Positions 8,146 to 17,937 are shown, counted from the first letter of the stretch. The stretch: DNA of 44,458 bases from an uncultured Ruminococcus sp. (GCA_964474245.1 CAYYRY010000001.1:222-44679); one strand, 5' to 3'. Notes: generated by a model not told the origin, from the letters alone. Numbers and translations are program-made.

Positions 8146-9642
8146 TCACGCAAAGCGGGCGGCGAGAGCCATTATCTCCTCCTGGGTCGTATCCTTTGCA
8201 TTAACCTCCCCGGCAAGTCTGCCACCCGACATGACCAGTATCCTGTCGCATACGCCAAGCAGCTCAGGCATCTCGCTTGATACCATTATAACAGCCCTAC
8301 CTCGGTTGGCAAGCTGAAGTATAAGGGAATATATCTCATATTTTGCACCAACGTCAATACCTCGGGTCGGCTCATCAAGAAGGAGTACCTTGGGATCTGT
8401 CAGAAGCCACCTGCCGAGGATAACCTTCTGCTGATTACCTCCCGACAGAGACCGGATCTTCGTCCGCTGTGACGGAGTCTTTATTTTCATCGCCCCTATC
8501 ATCCGTTCCGTCTCTTTCCTCATACTTCCGTCGCTGAGAAACACACCTCCCACAAGATAATTTCTCAGACTCGATATGACAGTGTTTTCCGTTATATCAA
8601 GTATACCGAAAATTCCGTCTCTCCGCCTTTCCTCGGTGATAAGCGCAAAGCCGTTTCGTATGGACTCCATGGGATTACGGTTTCTGACAGCCTTTCCGCC
8701 TATAATAATTTCTCCCGAGCGCTTTTCAGCAATGCCGAAGATAGTCTCAAGAACCTCCGTACGCCCCGCACCGCCGAGTCCCGCTACACCTACTATCTCC
8801 CCTTCTCTGACATCAAAGCTCACGTCACGTACTCTGCTGTGTTCGCCCGTAAGCCCCCTCACCTCCAGCAGTACCTTTCCCGGTCGGTTGGTCTTCTCGG
8901 GAAATCTCTCCTTCAGCTCACGCCCAACCATCAGTCTGATGATCTTATCCATGGACATATTTTCCGTCAGATCCGTTTCAATATGCCGTCCGTCACGCAT
9001 GACGGTAACATCGTCGGATATCCGACGTATCTCCTCCATCTTGTGGGATATATAGATGATACCGCAGCCGCGTTCCTTCAGCATTTCAATAATACCGAAC
9101 AGCCTTTCAGTTTCCTCGTCGGTCAAGGACGACGTAGGTTCGTCAAGTACTATTACCTTCGCCCCGTATGACACAGCCTTGGCTATTTCAACCATTTGCC
9201 TTGTGCTGACGGACAGACGACTCATCACGGTCTTCGGATCAACCGACAATCCAAGCTCGTCAAATATCTCCTTCGTTTTGCGGTACATCTCCCTCTCCGA
9301 CGTAAATACGCCTAGCTTAACTGGATATCTGCCCAGCCAGATGTTGTCCATTACGTTTCGCTTCAACGCCTGATTAAGCTCCTGATGCACCATGGCGACA
9401 CCGTGCTCCAATGCATCTCTCGGATTTTTGAAATCAGATGGCACCCCGTCAAGAAAAACCTCCCCTGAATCCTTCTCGTAAATGCCGAACAGACATTTCA
9501 TGAGAGTTGACTTCCCCGCACCGTTCTCCCCCATCAGTGCATGGACGGTCCCCCGCCGCACCCGAAGAGAAACCCCGTCAAGGGCACGTACTCCGGGAAA
9601 AGTCTTGGTTATCCCCTTCATTTCAAGTAATACATCGGACAT
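8146..9642 (-). CDS. mglA: Sugar ABC transporter ATP-binding protein (duplicated ATPase)
   Basis: It has two nucleotide-binding domains (GENGAGKST and GLGGAGRTE) and an LSGGNQQK signature. Confidence 0.85.
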   Translation of the reverse strand: MSDVLLEMKGITKTFPGVRALDGVSLRVRRGTVHALMGENGAGKSTLMKCLFGIYEKDSGEVFLDGVPSDFKNPRDALEHGVAMVHQELNQALKRNVMDNIWLGRYPVKLGVFTSEREMYRKTKEIFDELGLSVDPKTVMSRLSVSTRQMVEIAKAVSYGAKVIVLDEPTSSLTDEETERLFGIIEMLKERGCGIIYISHKMEEIRRISDDVTVMRDGRHIETDLTENMSMDKIIRLMVGRELKERFPEKTNRPGKVLLEVRGLTGEHSRVRDVSFDVREGEIVGVAGLGGAGRTEVLETIFGIAEKRSGEIIIGGKAVRNRNPMESIRNGFALITEERRRDGIFGILDITENTVISSLRNYLVGGVFLSDGSMRKETERMIGAMKIKTPSQRTKIRSLSGGNQQKVILGRWLLTDPKVLLLDEPTRGIDVGAKYEIYSLILQLANRGRAVIMVSSEMPELLGVCDRILVMSGGRLAGEVNAKDTTQEEIMALAARFA

Positions 9643-9668
9643 ATTAATTACCGTCCCTTCCGCATATT

Positions 9669-9699
9669 CAAGCTTCCGCCGTATTAAGACGGAAGCTTG
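9669..9699 (-). promoter_or_regulatory. Intercistronic stem-loop between mglB and mglA
   Basis: A perfect 10-bp stem (CAAGCTTCCG / CGGAAGCTTG) with an 11-nt loop lies in the 67-nt gap. It could stabilise or attenuate the binding-protein message. Confidence 0.5.
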
Positions 9700-9709
9700 C
9701 CCCCTCTGC

Positions 9710-10789
9710 TTATTCCTCGCCGAAATAAGCGGAATAATTGATCCTTACCTTGGCAACGTCGCTGTCGATGGTGTAATCACCTAAAGCCTCCGTCAGGTCT
9801 TTACCCTCAAGTCCTGAATTCACCGCCGCAGTCAATGCCTTCGCCATACCGTCCGCATCCTGTCTGACGGTACCTGTCATTCTTCCCGATTTAATGAGAG
9901 ACTTTGCCGAATCCGTGGCGTCAACTCCGAAAACAGGCACGGTAATACCGCCGTCTCCCGTATTGTAACCTGCCGCCGTAAGAGCTGTAATTGCTCCTTC
10001 AGCCATGTTGTCGTTGTTACATATGACAAGCTCCACCATATTATTCGTCGCCTTGTTGTAGGACGTGAGAATAGTCGTCATATACTCGTTTGACGCCTGC
10101 GCGGACCATTTACCGTCACGGTCAAGGAGATATTTGTCTCCGTTTGAACTGTCGTAGAACTTAAGGGGTGCATATCCCGCCGCCTCAAGCTTCTTATCCG
10201 CGTTTTCAACGGAATACCTCGTGCGGTAGATAGCCTCGTTGTTTCCCTTCTCTCCCATAAACATAACGTAGGATATCTCCCCGTCATCGTTAAGGTCCAC
10301 CTTATCGAAGTTTTCGGTCAGATAATCACCTATCATGTCTCCCTGAAGGTATCCGGCCTCAGCCGCATCGGTTCCGACGAAAATGCACTTTTCATAGCTG
10401 TTGACAACCGCATCCGAAACCTCGCGGTTGAAGAATATCACGGGGATCCCCCTTTCCTTCGCAAGTGAAACAATACCCGACGCGGCGTCGTCAGAGCCCG
10501 TGGTCACGATATTTACGACTATAGCCTTGGCTCCCTTGGTTATAGCCGTCTGAACCTGTTCCGTCTGAGTGGTCTGGCTGTTGTTGCTGTCGTAATCCTG
10601 ATATGATATTCCCGCTTCCTCAAGACGCTTGTCAAGGGCACTTCTTACACTTGATATATACGGGTCGCTGTAGGTGAAATAGAACACGTGTACATCGGCA
10701 GTACCTCCGCCGCCCATACTGCATCCGCAGGAAGCAAGGCATAAGCACACGGATAACATCACCGCAAAAGCAATTATACGTTTTAACAT
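9710..10789 (-). CDS. mglB: Galactose/glucose-binding lipoprotein (MglB-like)
   Basis: It has a signal peptide with lipobox LASC and a periplasmic-binding-protein type I fold. I prefer the start at 10789 (MLKRII), with GGAG 6 nt upstream. An in-frame ATG at 10801 is possible. Confidence 0.8.
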   Translation of the reverse strand: MLKRIIAFAVMLSVCLCLASCGCSMGGGGTADVHVFYFTYSDPYISSVRSALDKRLEEAGISYQDYDSNNSQTTQTEQVQTAITKGAKAIVVNIVTTGSDDAASGIVSLAKERGIPVIFFNREVSDAVVNSYEKCIFVGTDAAEAGYLQGDMIGDYLTENFDKVDLNDDGEISYVMFMGEKGNNEAIYRTRYSVENADKKLEAAGYAPLKFYDSSNGDKYLLDRDGKWSAQASNEYMTTILTSYNKATNNMVELVICNNDNMAEGAITALTAAGYNTGDGGITVPVFGVDATDSAKSLIKSGRMTGTVRQDADGMAKALTAAVNSGLEGKDLTEALGDYTIDSDVAKVRINYSAYFGEE

Positions 10790-10989
10790 AATAATCTCCA
10801 TTCTGCCGCTAAAGCGGCATCATAACGTGAAATAGTTATACTCAGGTACAAGCTTTCTTTACTTTCACGCTAATAACTCTCAAATTTGATTGTTTGCTAC
10901 TTCGCCATTATTATTTACCGTACCGTGCAATATAATTCATGCGGTAAAATTTTCATTTTTAAATAATAAAATAATAAACGCCGCACGTA

Positions 10990-11018
10990 TTGAATCACGT
11001 GCGTTTTCATGGTAAAAT
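10990..11018 (+). promoter_or_regulatory. Putative promoter of the DUF218 gene (TTGAAT-17-TAAAAT with TGn)
   Basis: The -35 is at 10990-10995 and the -10 at 11013-11018. Confidence 0.4.
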
Positions 11019-11063
11019 AGTATCGTAAAATAACGGTAAAAGTCAAAGCTCCGGGAGGTACAA

Positions 11064-11855
11064 ATGAAAAAGTTCGACAGCATACTTTCAAAGATATATC
11101 TGATACTCGGCGTCTTCGTCATCATCTGCTTCGCTTCGTATTTCCTGAAGCTTATCATATCCCCCGAAGGTACACTTCCGTGGATTGCCACAACCTCAGT
11201 CATGGCAGGAGTCACCGTCCCGTTCCTCCTCAGACGTCAGCTCAGACGTCTTCTCGGGAAGCTGTACGTTCCCCTCAAAGCCATTATGTGCGCGGGTATG
11301 ATATTCTATACCGTCACGTTTCTTATCCTTGTGGGATACATATACCTTTCCCCCGCAGCTTCTCCCGTCAGCGACACGGGTACCGAGCGTGTCTACATCA
11401 TCTTCGGTGCCAAGGTAAAGCCCGAGGGTCCTACCAAGACTCTCGCCTCTCGCCTCAGATGTGCCGCAGATACCATGAAGGAGGACACGGACTCCGTATG
11501 TATCGTCAGCGGCGGTCAGGGGTCCGACGAACCCACCACCGAAGCGGAATGTATGCGCGACTATATGGTATCCCTGGGTATCGCCCCCTCCCGAATCTAC
11601 CTTGAAACGGAGGCGTCCAACACCAGAGAAAACATCGAGTATTCCGTCGCTCTCATAAAGGAGCTGGGCCTTGGCGAACGTGAGATCGTCTGCATCTCAT
11701 CCGACACCCACATTCCCCGTATCCGTCTCATGTGCAAAAGGGCAAATGTTGATGCACAGTTTATCAAAGCAGATACACCTCAAAAGCAGTTCCTCTTCAC
11801 CACGTGGGTCAGAGAATATCTGTCCTACGTTAAAATGATAGTCATAGGCGGCTGA
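11064..11855 (+). CDS. YdcF/SanA-like DUF218 membrane protein
   Basis: N-terminal TM helices are followed by a DUF218-type domain (IVSGGQG...TEASNTRENI). GGGAGG lies upstream. Confidence 0.7.
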   Translation: MKKFDSILSKIYLILGVFVIICFASYFLKLIISPEGTLPWIATTSVMAGVTVPFLLRRQLRRLLGKLYVPLKAIMCAGMIFYTVTFLILVGYIYLSPAASPVSDTGTERVYIIFGAKVKPEGPTKTLASRLRCAADTMKEDTDSVCIVSGGQGSDEPTTEAECMRDYMVSLGIAPSRIYLETEASNTRENIEYSVALIKELGLGEREIVCISSDTHIPRIRLMCKRANVDAQFIKADTPQKQFLFTTWVREYLSYVKMIVIGG

Positions 11856-11868
11856 CCTACGGAAAACG

Positions 11869-11910
11869 GCTGACACACGGTAATATTTTTCGTGTGTCAG
11901 CTTCTTTTTT
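11869..11910 (+). terminator. Intrinsic terminator
   Basis: An 11-bp stem (GCTGACACACG / CGTGTGTCAGC) is followed by TTCTTTTTT. Confidence 0.75.
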
Positions 11911-11922
11911 CTCTCACTCTGC

Positions 11923-11952
11923 TTGAAAACATACAGCGTTTTGTGATATACT
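11923..11952 (+). promoter_or_regulatory. Putative promoter of rbfA operon (TTGAAA-18-TATACT with TGn)
   Basis: The -35 is at 11923-11928 and the -10 at 11947-11952. Confidence 0.4.
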
Positions 11953-12015
11953 ATTGTTATGATGAAATATTATACCTATTATGGATATTTATGACCTGAA
12001 GAAAGGATTTTTCAA

Positions 12016-12429
12016 ATGCCTAAATACAGAAGAAACAGAATCAACGACGCAGTTGCCCGCGAGGCTTCCGATATCATCCGCGACATCAAGGACCCCAGAG
12101 TATCATCCTTCATGATAACCGTCACGGGAGCCGATGTAACTGCAGACCTTAAATACGCCAAGATCTTCTACTCTTTCCTCGACGACGCATCTCTCGACGC
12201 CGAAAGCGAAAAGGATCTGAAGCGAGGCCTTAAGTCTGCCGCCCCCTTCGTAAGACGCGAGCTGGCGGTAAGACTCAATATGCGTATCACCCCCGAGATC
12301 AATTTCGTCCGTGACATGGGCGTCAGCCACGGAGCAGAGATAGCTTCTCTCCTTAACAGCATCAAAAAGTCCGCCCCCGCAGAAGAAGCTGACGGAGCAG
12401 ACGAAGAGGAGACCGACGATGAGCTTTGA
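12016..12429 (+). CDS. rbfA: Ribosome-binding factor A
   Basis: The N-terminus (RINDAVAREASDIIRDIKDPRVS) is typical of RbfA, and the protein ends in an acidic tail. Confidence 0.85.
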   Translation: MPKYRRNRINDAVAREASDIIRDIKDPRVSSFMITVTGADVTADLKYAKIFYSFLDDASLDAESEKDLKRGLKSAAPFVRRELAVRLNMRITPEINFVRDMGVSHGAEIASLLNSIKKSAPAEEADGADEEETDDEL

Positions 12430-13453
12430 TTCCATCCATCCCGAAGTCACTCTTGAAGAGATCGCAGAAAAGCTGAAAAAAGCCCGCCGTGTTCTCATAG
12501 TTTGCCACACAAACCCCGACGGAGATGCCCTCGGCTCATCCGCCGCCCTTGCAGGAGTTGCCGAAGCTCTCGGATGCGAGGTCAAGTGCATATCCCCCGA
12601 CAAGCCCGCCCCGAGACTTGAATTCCTGCTCCGCGAAGAGTATACCGAGTTCAAGCCCGGCAAAGAAGAGCTTTACGACCTCGTTTGCACCGTAGATGTG
12701 GCATCCTACGAACAGCTCGGAAGCCTCGGCTTCCTCAGCGACAGAAAGAAGATCGACTTCATGATCGACCACCACGCAGAGGGTACACCCTACGCTCCCT
12801 GCTACGTTGACCCCATAGCATCCGCCGCAGGCGAGATAGTGTACGACATCTACCGCACCGCCCAGGAAATGTACGGCTTCGACAACATACCCGACGTGTC
12901 AAGAAACGTCTATACAGCCATCATTTCCGACACCGGTTCATTCAAATATTCAAATGTCACTCCCGACACCCATATAATCGCCTCCGAGCTTGTGGAAGAG
13001 ATAAACGGTGCTGAAGACGGCGGCATGACCACAGATGAAATCTGCCGTACCCTCTTCGGAAGACGTACCATGAGCGATCTGCTCGCACAGGCTCTCGCTA
13101 TCAACAATCTGAGGGTATACGAAAACGGCGCCCTCGGTATCGTGCTTCTCACCAAGGAAACGGTGCTCGCTGCGGGACTTGAAGAAAGCGACTTCGGTGC
13201 CGCTGTGGAAACGCCCCGTTCTCTTGAAGGAGTTCAGGTAGCTCTGTCCGTGAGACAAAGCTTCAACGACCCCACCGTCTACAGAGTATCCTCACGAAGC
13301 AACTGCGACGTTAACGTGTCCGAGATATGCGCATCCTTCGGTGGAGGCGGCCACGCAAAGGCTGCAGGCTGCAAGGTATCCGCCAAGACCCCCGAGGAGG
13401 CCCTTGACATCGTCATCCGTGCATTCGGCGGAAGTCTCACCACTCCCGCATAA
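12419..13453 (+). CDS. nrnA: DHH/DHHA1 phosphoesterase (NrnA-like oligoribonuclease/pAp phosphatase)
   Basis: It carries the HTNPDGDALGS, DHH and GGGHAKAAG motifs and overlaps rbfA by 11 nt. Confidence 0.75.
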   Translation: MSFDSIHPEVTLEEIAEKLKKARRVLIVCHTNPDGDALGSSAALAGVAEALGCEVKCISPDKPAPRLEFLLREEYTEFKPGKEELYDLVCTVDVASYEQLGSLGFLSDRKKIDFMIDHHAEGTPYAPCYVDPIASAAGEIVYDIYRTAQEMYGFDNIPDVSRNVYTAIISDTGSFKYSNVTPDTHIIASELVEEINGAEDGGMTTDEICRTLFGRRTMSDLLAQALAINNLRVYENGALGIVLLTKETVLAAGLEESDFGAAVETPRSLEGVQVALSVRQSFNDPTVYRVSSRSNCDVNVSEICASFGGGGHAKAAGCKVSAKTPEEALDIVIRAFGGSLTTPA

Positions 13454-13476
13454 AACATCAGAAAGAGGTAACCGAA

Positions 13477-14403
13477 TTGCCAAAGAAGCCCGATACCGTC
13501 AGCGGTGTAATAGTAATAGACAAGCACGAGGGTGTTACCTCGTTCAGAATTATATCAATACTCAAGAAAATGTTCGATATGCCAAACGTAGGGCATACGG
13601 GCACCCTTGACCCCATGGCAACGGGAGTCCTTCCCGTCCTTCTCGGCAGAGCTGTAAAGGCTTGTGACTATATCATGTCTCAGGACAAGAGATATACCGC
13701 CGAAATGAAATTAGGTATCACAACGAACACGGAGGATACCACAGGCGAGGTATTGACGAGATGCGAAACTATCCCCTCTGAAGAGGAGGTACGCCGCGTC
13801 ATCGCATCCTTCGTGGGAGATATAGAGCAGATACCGCCCATGTACTCCGCCATCAAGGTAAACGGTCAGAAGCTTGTGGACATCGCACGTGAAGGCGGAG
13901 AGGTGGAAAGACGCCCCCGTCCCGTCACCGTCCACAGCATAGACGCCGAAATGATCTCTCCCGACACGTGGCGACTTGACGTATCCTGTTCAAAGGGAAC
14001 GTATATAAGGACCCTTTGCGCCGACATCGGCAAAGCCCTCGGCTGCGGCGGCGCCATGTCCGCCCTCAGACGCACGGCAACCGGACAGTTCACCTTGGAT
14101 GACGCATATACAATCGAAGAGCTTGAAAAAATGTCCTTCGAGGACAGACTTACTCTTCCCCTTCAGGTGGAGTCCTTATTCACCGACGTCAGAGTCATAT
14201 CCCTTCCCAAATTTTTCGCCAATCTCTATCTTGCGGGTGCACCGCTTTTCCAGAAGAAAGTACGTATAAACGTCGAAAAGGGTGAGATCGTAAGGATCAA
14301 ATACGGAGACAAATTCTTAGGTCTCGGCGTAGGTGACGTAAACTCAGACGGAGTCCCCGTCCTGAAGGCTGAAAAGCTGTTTTATCTCGGAAAGGTAGAC
14401 TGA
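13477..14403 (+). CDS. truB: tRNA pseudouridine-55 synthase
   Basis: It has the catalytic GHTGTLDPMATGVL motif and a C-terminal PUA-like region. The start is TTG with an upstream AGAGG. Confidence 0.9.
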   Translation: MPKKPDTVSGVIVIDKHEGVTSFRIISILKKMFDMPNVGHTGTLDPMATGVLPVLLGRAVKACDYIMSQDKRYTAEMKLGITTNTEDTTGEVLTRCETIPSEEEVRRVIASFVGDIEQIPPMYSAIKVNGQKLVDIAREGGEVERRPRPVTVHSIDAEMISPDTWRLDVSCSKGTYIRTLCADIGKALGCGGAMSALRRTATGQFTLDDAYTIEELEKMSFEDRLTLPLQVESLFTDVRVISLPKFFANLYLAGAPLFQKKVRINVEKGEIVRIKYGDKFLGLGVGDVNSDGVPVLKAEKLFYLGKVD

Positions 14404-14448
14404 CTTTCCACACCAAGCAACGACAACTTCACAGAAAGGTCAACAACT

Positions 14449-15558
14449 ATGCTTCGAATTTTACATACGGGTGACGTTCATCTGGACAGCCCGTTTTCCG
14501 GACTTGACCCGCGTACGGCAGAGGTGAGACGAAACGAGCTCCGTGCCGCATTCACCTCCATGTTCCACTATGCAAGAACGGAAAAGATAGATATGATTCT
14601 TATTGCAGGAGACTTGTTTGATGCCGAATTCGTCACGCGAGAGACTCTTGCCCTCATCAAGCGCGAGGCTGAGAACACCCCCTGCCCCATCATCATAAGC
14701 CCCGGCAACCACGACTCCGTTTCCGAATCAAGCGTATGGAGACGCGGCGTTTTCCCTGAAAACGTACACATCTTTACCGAAGAGACCTTAGGAAGCTTTG
14801 AGTTTCCCGAGCTTGGAGTAAGAGTGTGGGGTTGGGCATTCACATCAAATAAAATGGAGCTTTCCCCTCTCATGGGAAGAAACGTATGCGAGGCGGAAAA
14901 CGACAGCTACATAAATATTCTATGCGCCCACGGCGACCTCACGTCCTCAAGAAGCACGTCCTGCCCTCTTACTGTACGCGAGATCGAGGCATTCGGTGCA
15001 GATTATGCGGCACTCGGCCACATTCATAACCCCTCAGAGTACACGGATCGAATTGCATACTGCGGATGTCTTGAAGGTAGAAGCTTCGACGAAAGGGGGC
15101 ACAAAGGTGCTCTCGTAGTAACAATTGACGGCAAAAAGACGACCACTCAGAAGGTACGTTTTTCCAAACGAAGATACGAGACCGCTACACTGAACGTTGA
15201 CGGCGTGGCATCAAACACAGAGCTTCGTGAAAGGATCTCCCGATTTGTCACCGAGTCTCACTACGGAGATGACACAATCCTCCGCCTCACCGTCACAGGT
15301 GAGACCGATCCCTCATTTACCCCCAACAAAAGCGTGCTTGAAACTGATCCCCCCAGAGTCTTCGCGCTGAAGGTCATAGACGAAACTTGTCCCATGCTTG
15401 ATGCAGACTCTCTGAGGCGTGACCCAACCGTAAGAGGTGAGTTCTTCCGCCTGCTGGAGCCTCAGCTCACAGGAGACGACCCCGAAGCCCGCGCCTTAGC
15501 GGCAGAAGCTCTCAGAGCAGGACTTGCGGCTCTTGCCGGCGAAGCAATAGTATTCTGA
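14449..15558 (+). CDS. Mre11/SbcD-family metallophosphoesterase (YhaO/SbcF-like DNA repair exonuclease)
   Basis: It has the calcineurin-like motifs HTGDVHLD, GDLFD, GNHD and GHIH. Confidence 0.75.
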   Translation: MLRILHTGDVHLDSPFSGLDPRTAEVRRNELRAAFTSMFHYARTEKIDMILIAGDLFDAEFVTRETLALIKREAENTPCPIIISPGNHDSVSESSVWRRGVFPENVHIFTEETLGSFEFPELGVRVWGWAFTSNKMELSPLMGRNVCEAENDSYINILCAHGDLTSSRSTSCPLTVREIEAFGADYAALGHIHNPSEYTDRIAYCGCLEGRSFDERGHKGALVVTIDGKKTTTQKVRFSKRRYETATLNVDGVASNTELRERISRFVTESHYGDDTILRLTVTGETDPSFTPNKSVLETDPPRVFALKVIDETCPMLDADSLRRDPTVRGEFFRLLEPQLTGDDPEARALAAEALRAGLAALAGEAIVF

Positions 15559-15587
15559 CGCACCGAAACAACTGAAAGGGATTACAG

Positions 15588-17834
15588 ATGTTTATTAAAG
15601 AACTGCACATTGCCGCCTTCGGTCCGCTTTGCGATGCGGATTTCTCTTTTGAAGACGGTCTCAATATAATCGAAGGCAACAACGAATCAGGTAAAAGTGC
15701 CGTTGCCATGTTTATAAAATTCATTTTCTACGGACTGTCCTCCCGTGCCGCAGACGGAGCGATCGCCGATAAGATCCGATACATCAACTGGTCACGCGGT
15801 GTCGCTTCGGGTTATGCCGTATGCGAGATCACCGAGAATAATGACACAAAAACCGTCCGCATTGAGCGTACCCTGAGCGCAAAGCATGATGCCGACGGAA
15901 AAATCAAGTATTCCGAAAAGCTTCGTGTGCTTGATCACACAAGCTCAATGCCAATCCATATAAACGGTCAGCCGGGAGAATTCTTCTTCGGTGTTCCCGA
16001 AAGTGTATTCACCGGAAGTGCTTACGCATCTCAGGAAGGAGACATCCGTCCTGACAGCGCATCTCTCAAGGAATCAGTCGAGAATATAATCTGTGCCGCC
16101 GATGAAAACATCAACGTCAAACGCGCCGTTGACAGTCTTGATAAGGCAAGAATACGTCTTCTTCACAAAAACCGCACAGGCGGTGAAATACTTGATCTTG
16201 AGCGCAAAAGAGATGCTCTTGAACAGAGAATGGAAGCGTCAAGAGAAACCTCTTCTCGGCTAATTAAGGCTGAAATCTCACTGTCAGACGTAAAAAACAA
16301 TATAGAAAATGCCAAAGCCCGCCGCGAAGATCTTGAAAAGGCTTCGGAAGCAATCGATATCTTTGCATCTGAAGCAAAAGTAAAAAAAGCTGAGGAATTA
16401 AAGAAAAAGCTTGAGTCCTTAAAAGCTATGGTAGCCTCAGTATCCAAAGTTGCAGACGAAGCATTCATGTCCTCTCTCGCTCTTGCTGTGCGCGATATTG
16501 AACGTTCAGAGCAACAGAGAGCAGAGGTGACCCGTCTTGAAAACAACCTTCTTGATAAATACGGCTCCACCGAATGTGACCCCGATTCCGATGCCGAAAA
16601 AGCAGTTAAGTTAAAAAACAGTTCAAAGGGATTGTTCGCTTTCGGTACAGTTCTTCTTATCATCGGCTTACTCGGGATCCTTGGTTCAGCAGGTCTTAAG
16701 TTCATAAGCAGTCCCCACTTCACACTTGCTCTCATAGTAACCGCTGTCTCTGTGGTTTTAGGAATATCCGTAATGATCGCTTCTTCTGTAGTCCGTCGAC
16801 GTTACTACTCCATTTTGGATTTCTGGGATGTCGATGACGAAGAAGATCTTGACGTTATCTGTGACGACATAGGTGAGCTTTGCCGCGAGCTCGACAGTGC
16901 ACGCATCACACTTACAGCAGGTGACAATGCCGCTATTGAAGCTGAAGCAACTCTTAAAAAGCTCGCATCATGTGCCGGTATCCCCCATGACGGATTATCA
17001 AATAACGAGCTTATCAAGCTCCTTGCAAGATTCGGTGCAGAAACCTCCCAGAAGAAAAAGGCGCTGGAAGCAGAAGGCTCCAGAGTTGAAGGTCAGCTTG
17101 CAGAGACTCTTGCATCCATCGGTGACGCATCTCACGAAAGTATCCTTACCGCTGCTGAAGAGGCAAGAAAGACAGAGATAGGCATATTGGTTTCATCCAT
17201 GACCGATGAAGAAAAGAATGCCATAACCCGCGAGCTTACCTTTAACAGAACAAAGACCGACGGACTTCGCGACCGCGAGCTTGATCTCGAAAGAGAATGT
17301 TCCGCCCTCAGAGCAACTGCCGTATCCCCCTCCACCGATGCTGAAGAGCTGTGGAACACCAACAGCGAGATCGCAAAGCTTCAAAGAACTCACGATGCTC
17401 TGATCCTTGCGAACAAAACACTTTCCGCTGCAGGAGAAAATATCAGATCATCGGTAGTTCCCCGTCTGACTAAGGAAGCCTCCGACATAATCGGAAGCAT
17501 CACAGGCGGCAAGTATTCAAGCCTCGGCATCTCCCCCTCCTTCGACATGAACTTCCGGGACGATTCCCACGGTACCCTTGAGCTTGACTACCTGTCAGCG
17601 GGTACAAAAGATATAGCCTATCTCGCCCTCAGGCTGGCGCTCGTCAAGGCATTGTACAGTGCCGCAGCCAGACCTCCCGTGATATTTGACGAAAGCCTTG
17701 CGTTCCTTGACGAAAGCAGAGTCGGTGCAGCGGTAAAGATGCTCGAAAACAGCGGACTTCAGACCTTCCTTTTCACCTGCCGCACTCTTGAAGGAAGGTT
17801 CGCTGAAAAGGCAACAAAAACAAAGCTTTCATAA
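15588..17834 (+). CDS. Rad50/SbcC-like AAA ATPase with central membrane hairpin (YhaN/SbcE-like)
   Basis: It has an N-terminal Walker A (GNNESGKS), long coiled-coil arms, a C-terminal signature (LSAGTKD) and Walker B (VIFDES). Two hydrophobic helices sit in the middle at about 16630-16790. Confidence 0.7.
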   Translation: MFIKELHIAAFGPLCDADFSFEDGLNIIEGNNESGKSAVAMFIKFIFYGLSSRAADGAIADKIRYINWSRGVASGYAVCEITENNDTKTVRIERTLSAKHDADGKIKYSEKLRVLDHTSSMPIHINGQPGEFFFGVPESVFTGSAYASQEGDIRPDSASLKESVENIICAADENINVKRAVDSLDKARIRLLHKNRTGGEILDLERKRDALEQRMEASRETSSRLIKAEISLSDVKNNIENAKARREDLEKASEAIDIFASEAKVKKAEELKKKLESLKAMVASVSKVADEAFMSSLALAVRDIERSEQQRAEVTRLENNLLDKYGSTECDPDSDAEKAVKLKNSSKGLFAFGTVLLIIGLLGILGSAGLKFISSPHFTLALIVTAVSVVLGISVMIASSVVRRRYYSILDFWDVDDEEDLDVICDDIGELCRELDSARITLTAGDNAAIEAEATLKKLASCAGIPHDGLSNNELIKLLARFGAETSQKKKALEAEGSRVEGQLAETLASIGDASHESILTAAEEARKTEIGILVSSMTDEEKNAITRELTFNRTKTDGLRDRELDLERECSALRATAVSPSTDAEELWNTNSEIAKLQRTHDALILANKTLSAAGENIRSSVVPRLTKEASDIIGSITGGKYSSLGISPSFDMNFRDDSHGTLELDYLSAGTKDIAYLALRLALVKALYSAAARPPVIFDESLAFLDESRVGAAVKMLENSGLQTFLFTCRTLEGRFAEKATKTKLS

Positions 17835-17937
17835 ACTTTTTTTGCTCCGACATATCAAAAGCAGACTCGATTCTATCATGGAGTCTGCACCCTGACCACC
17901 TAATAACAGCGTAACCTAAAGGAGGTACGGTGTAGCC

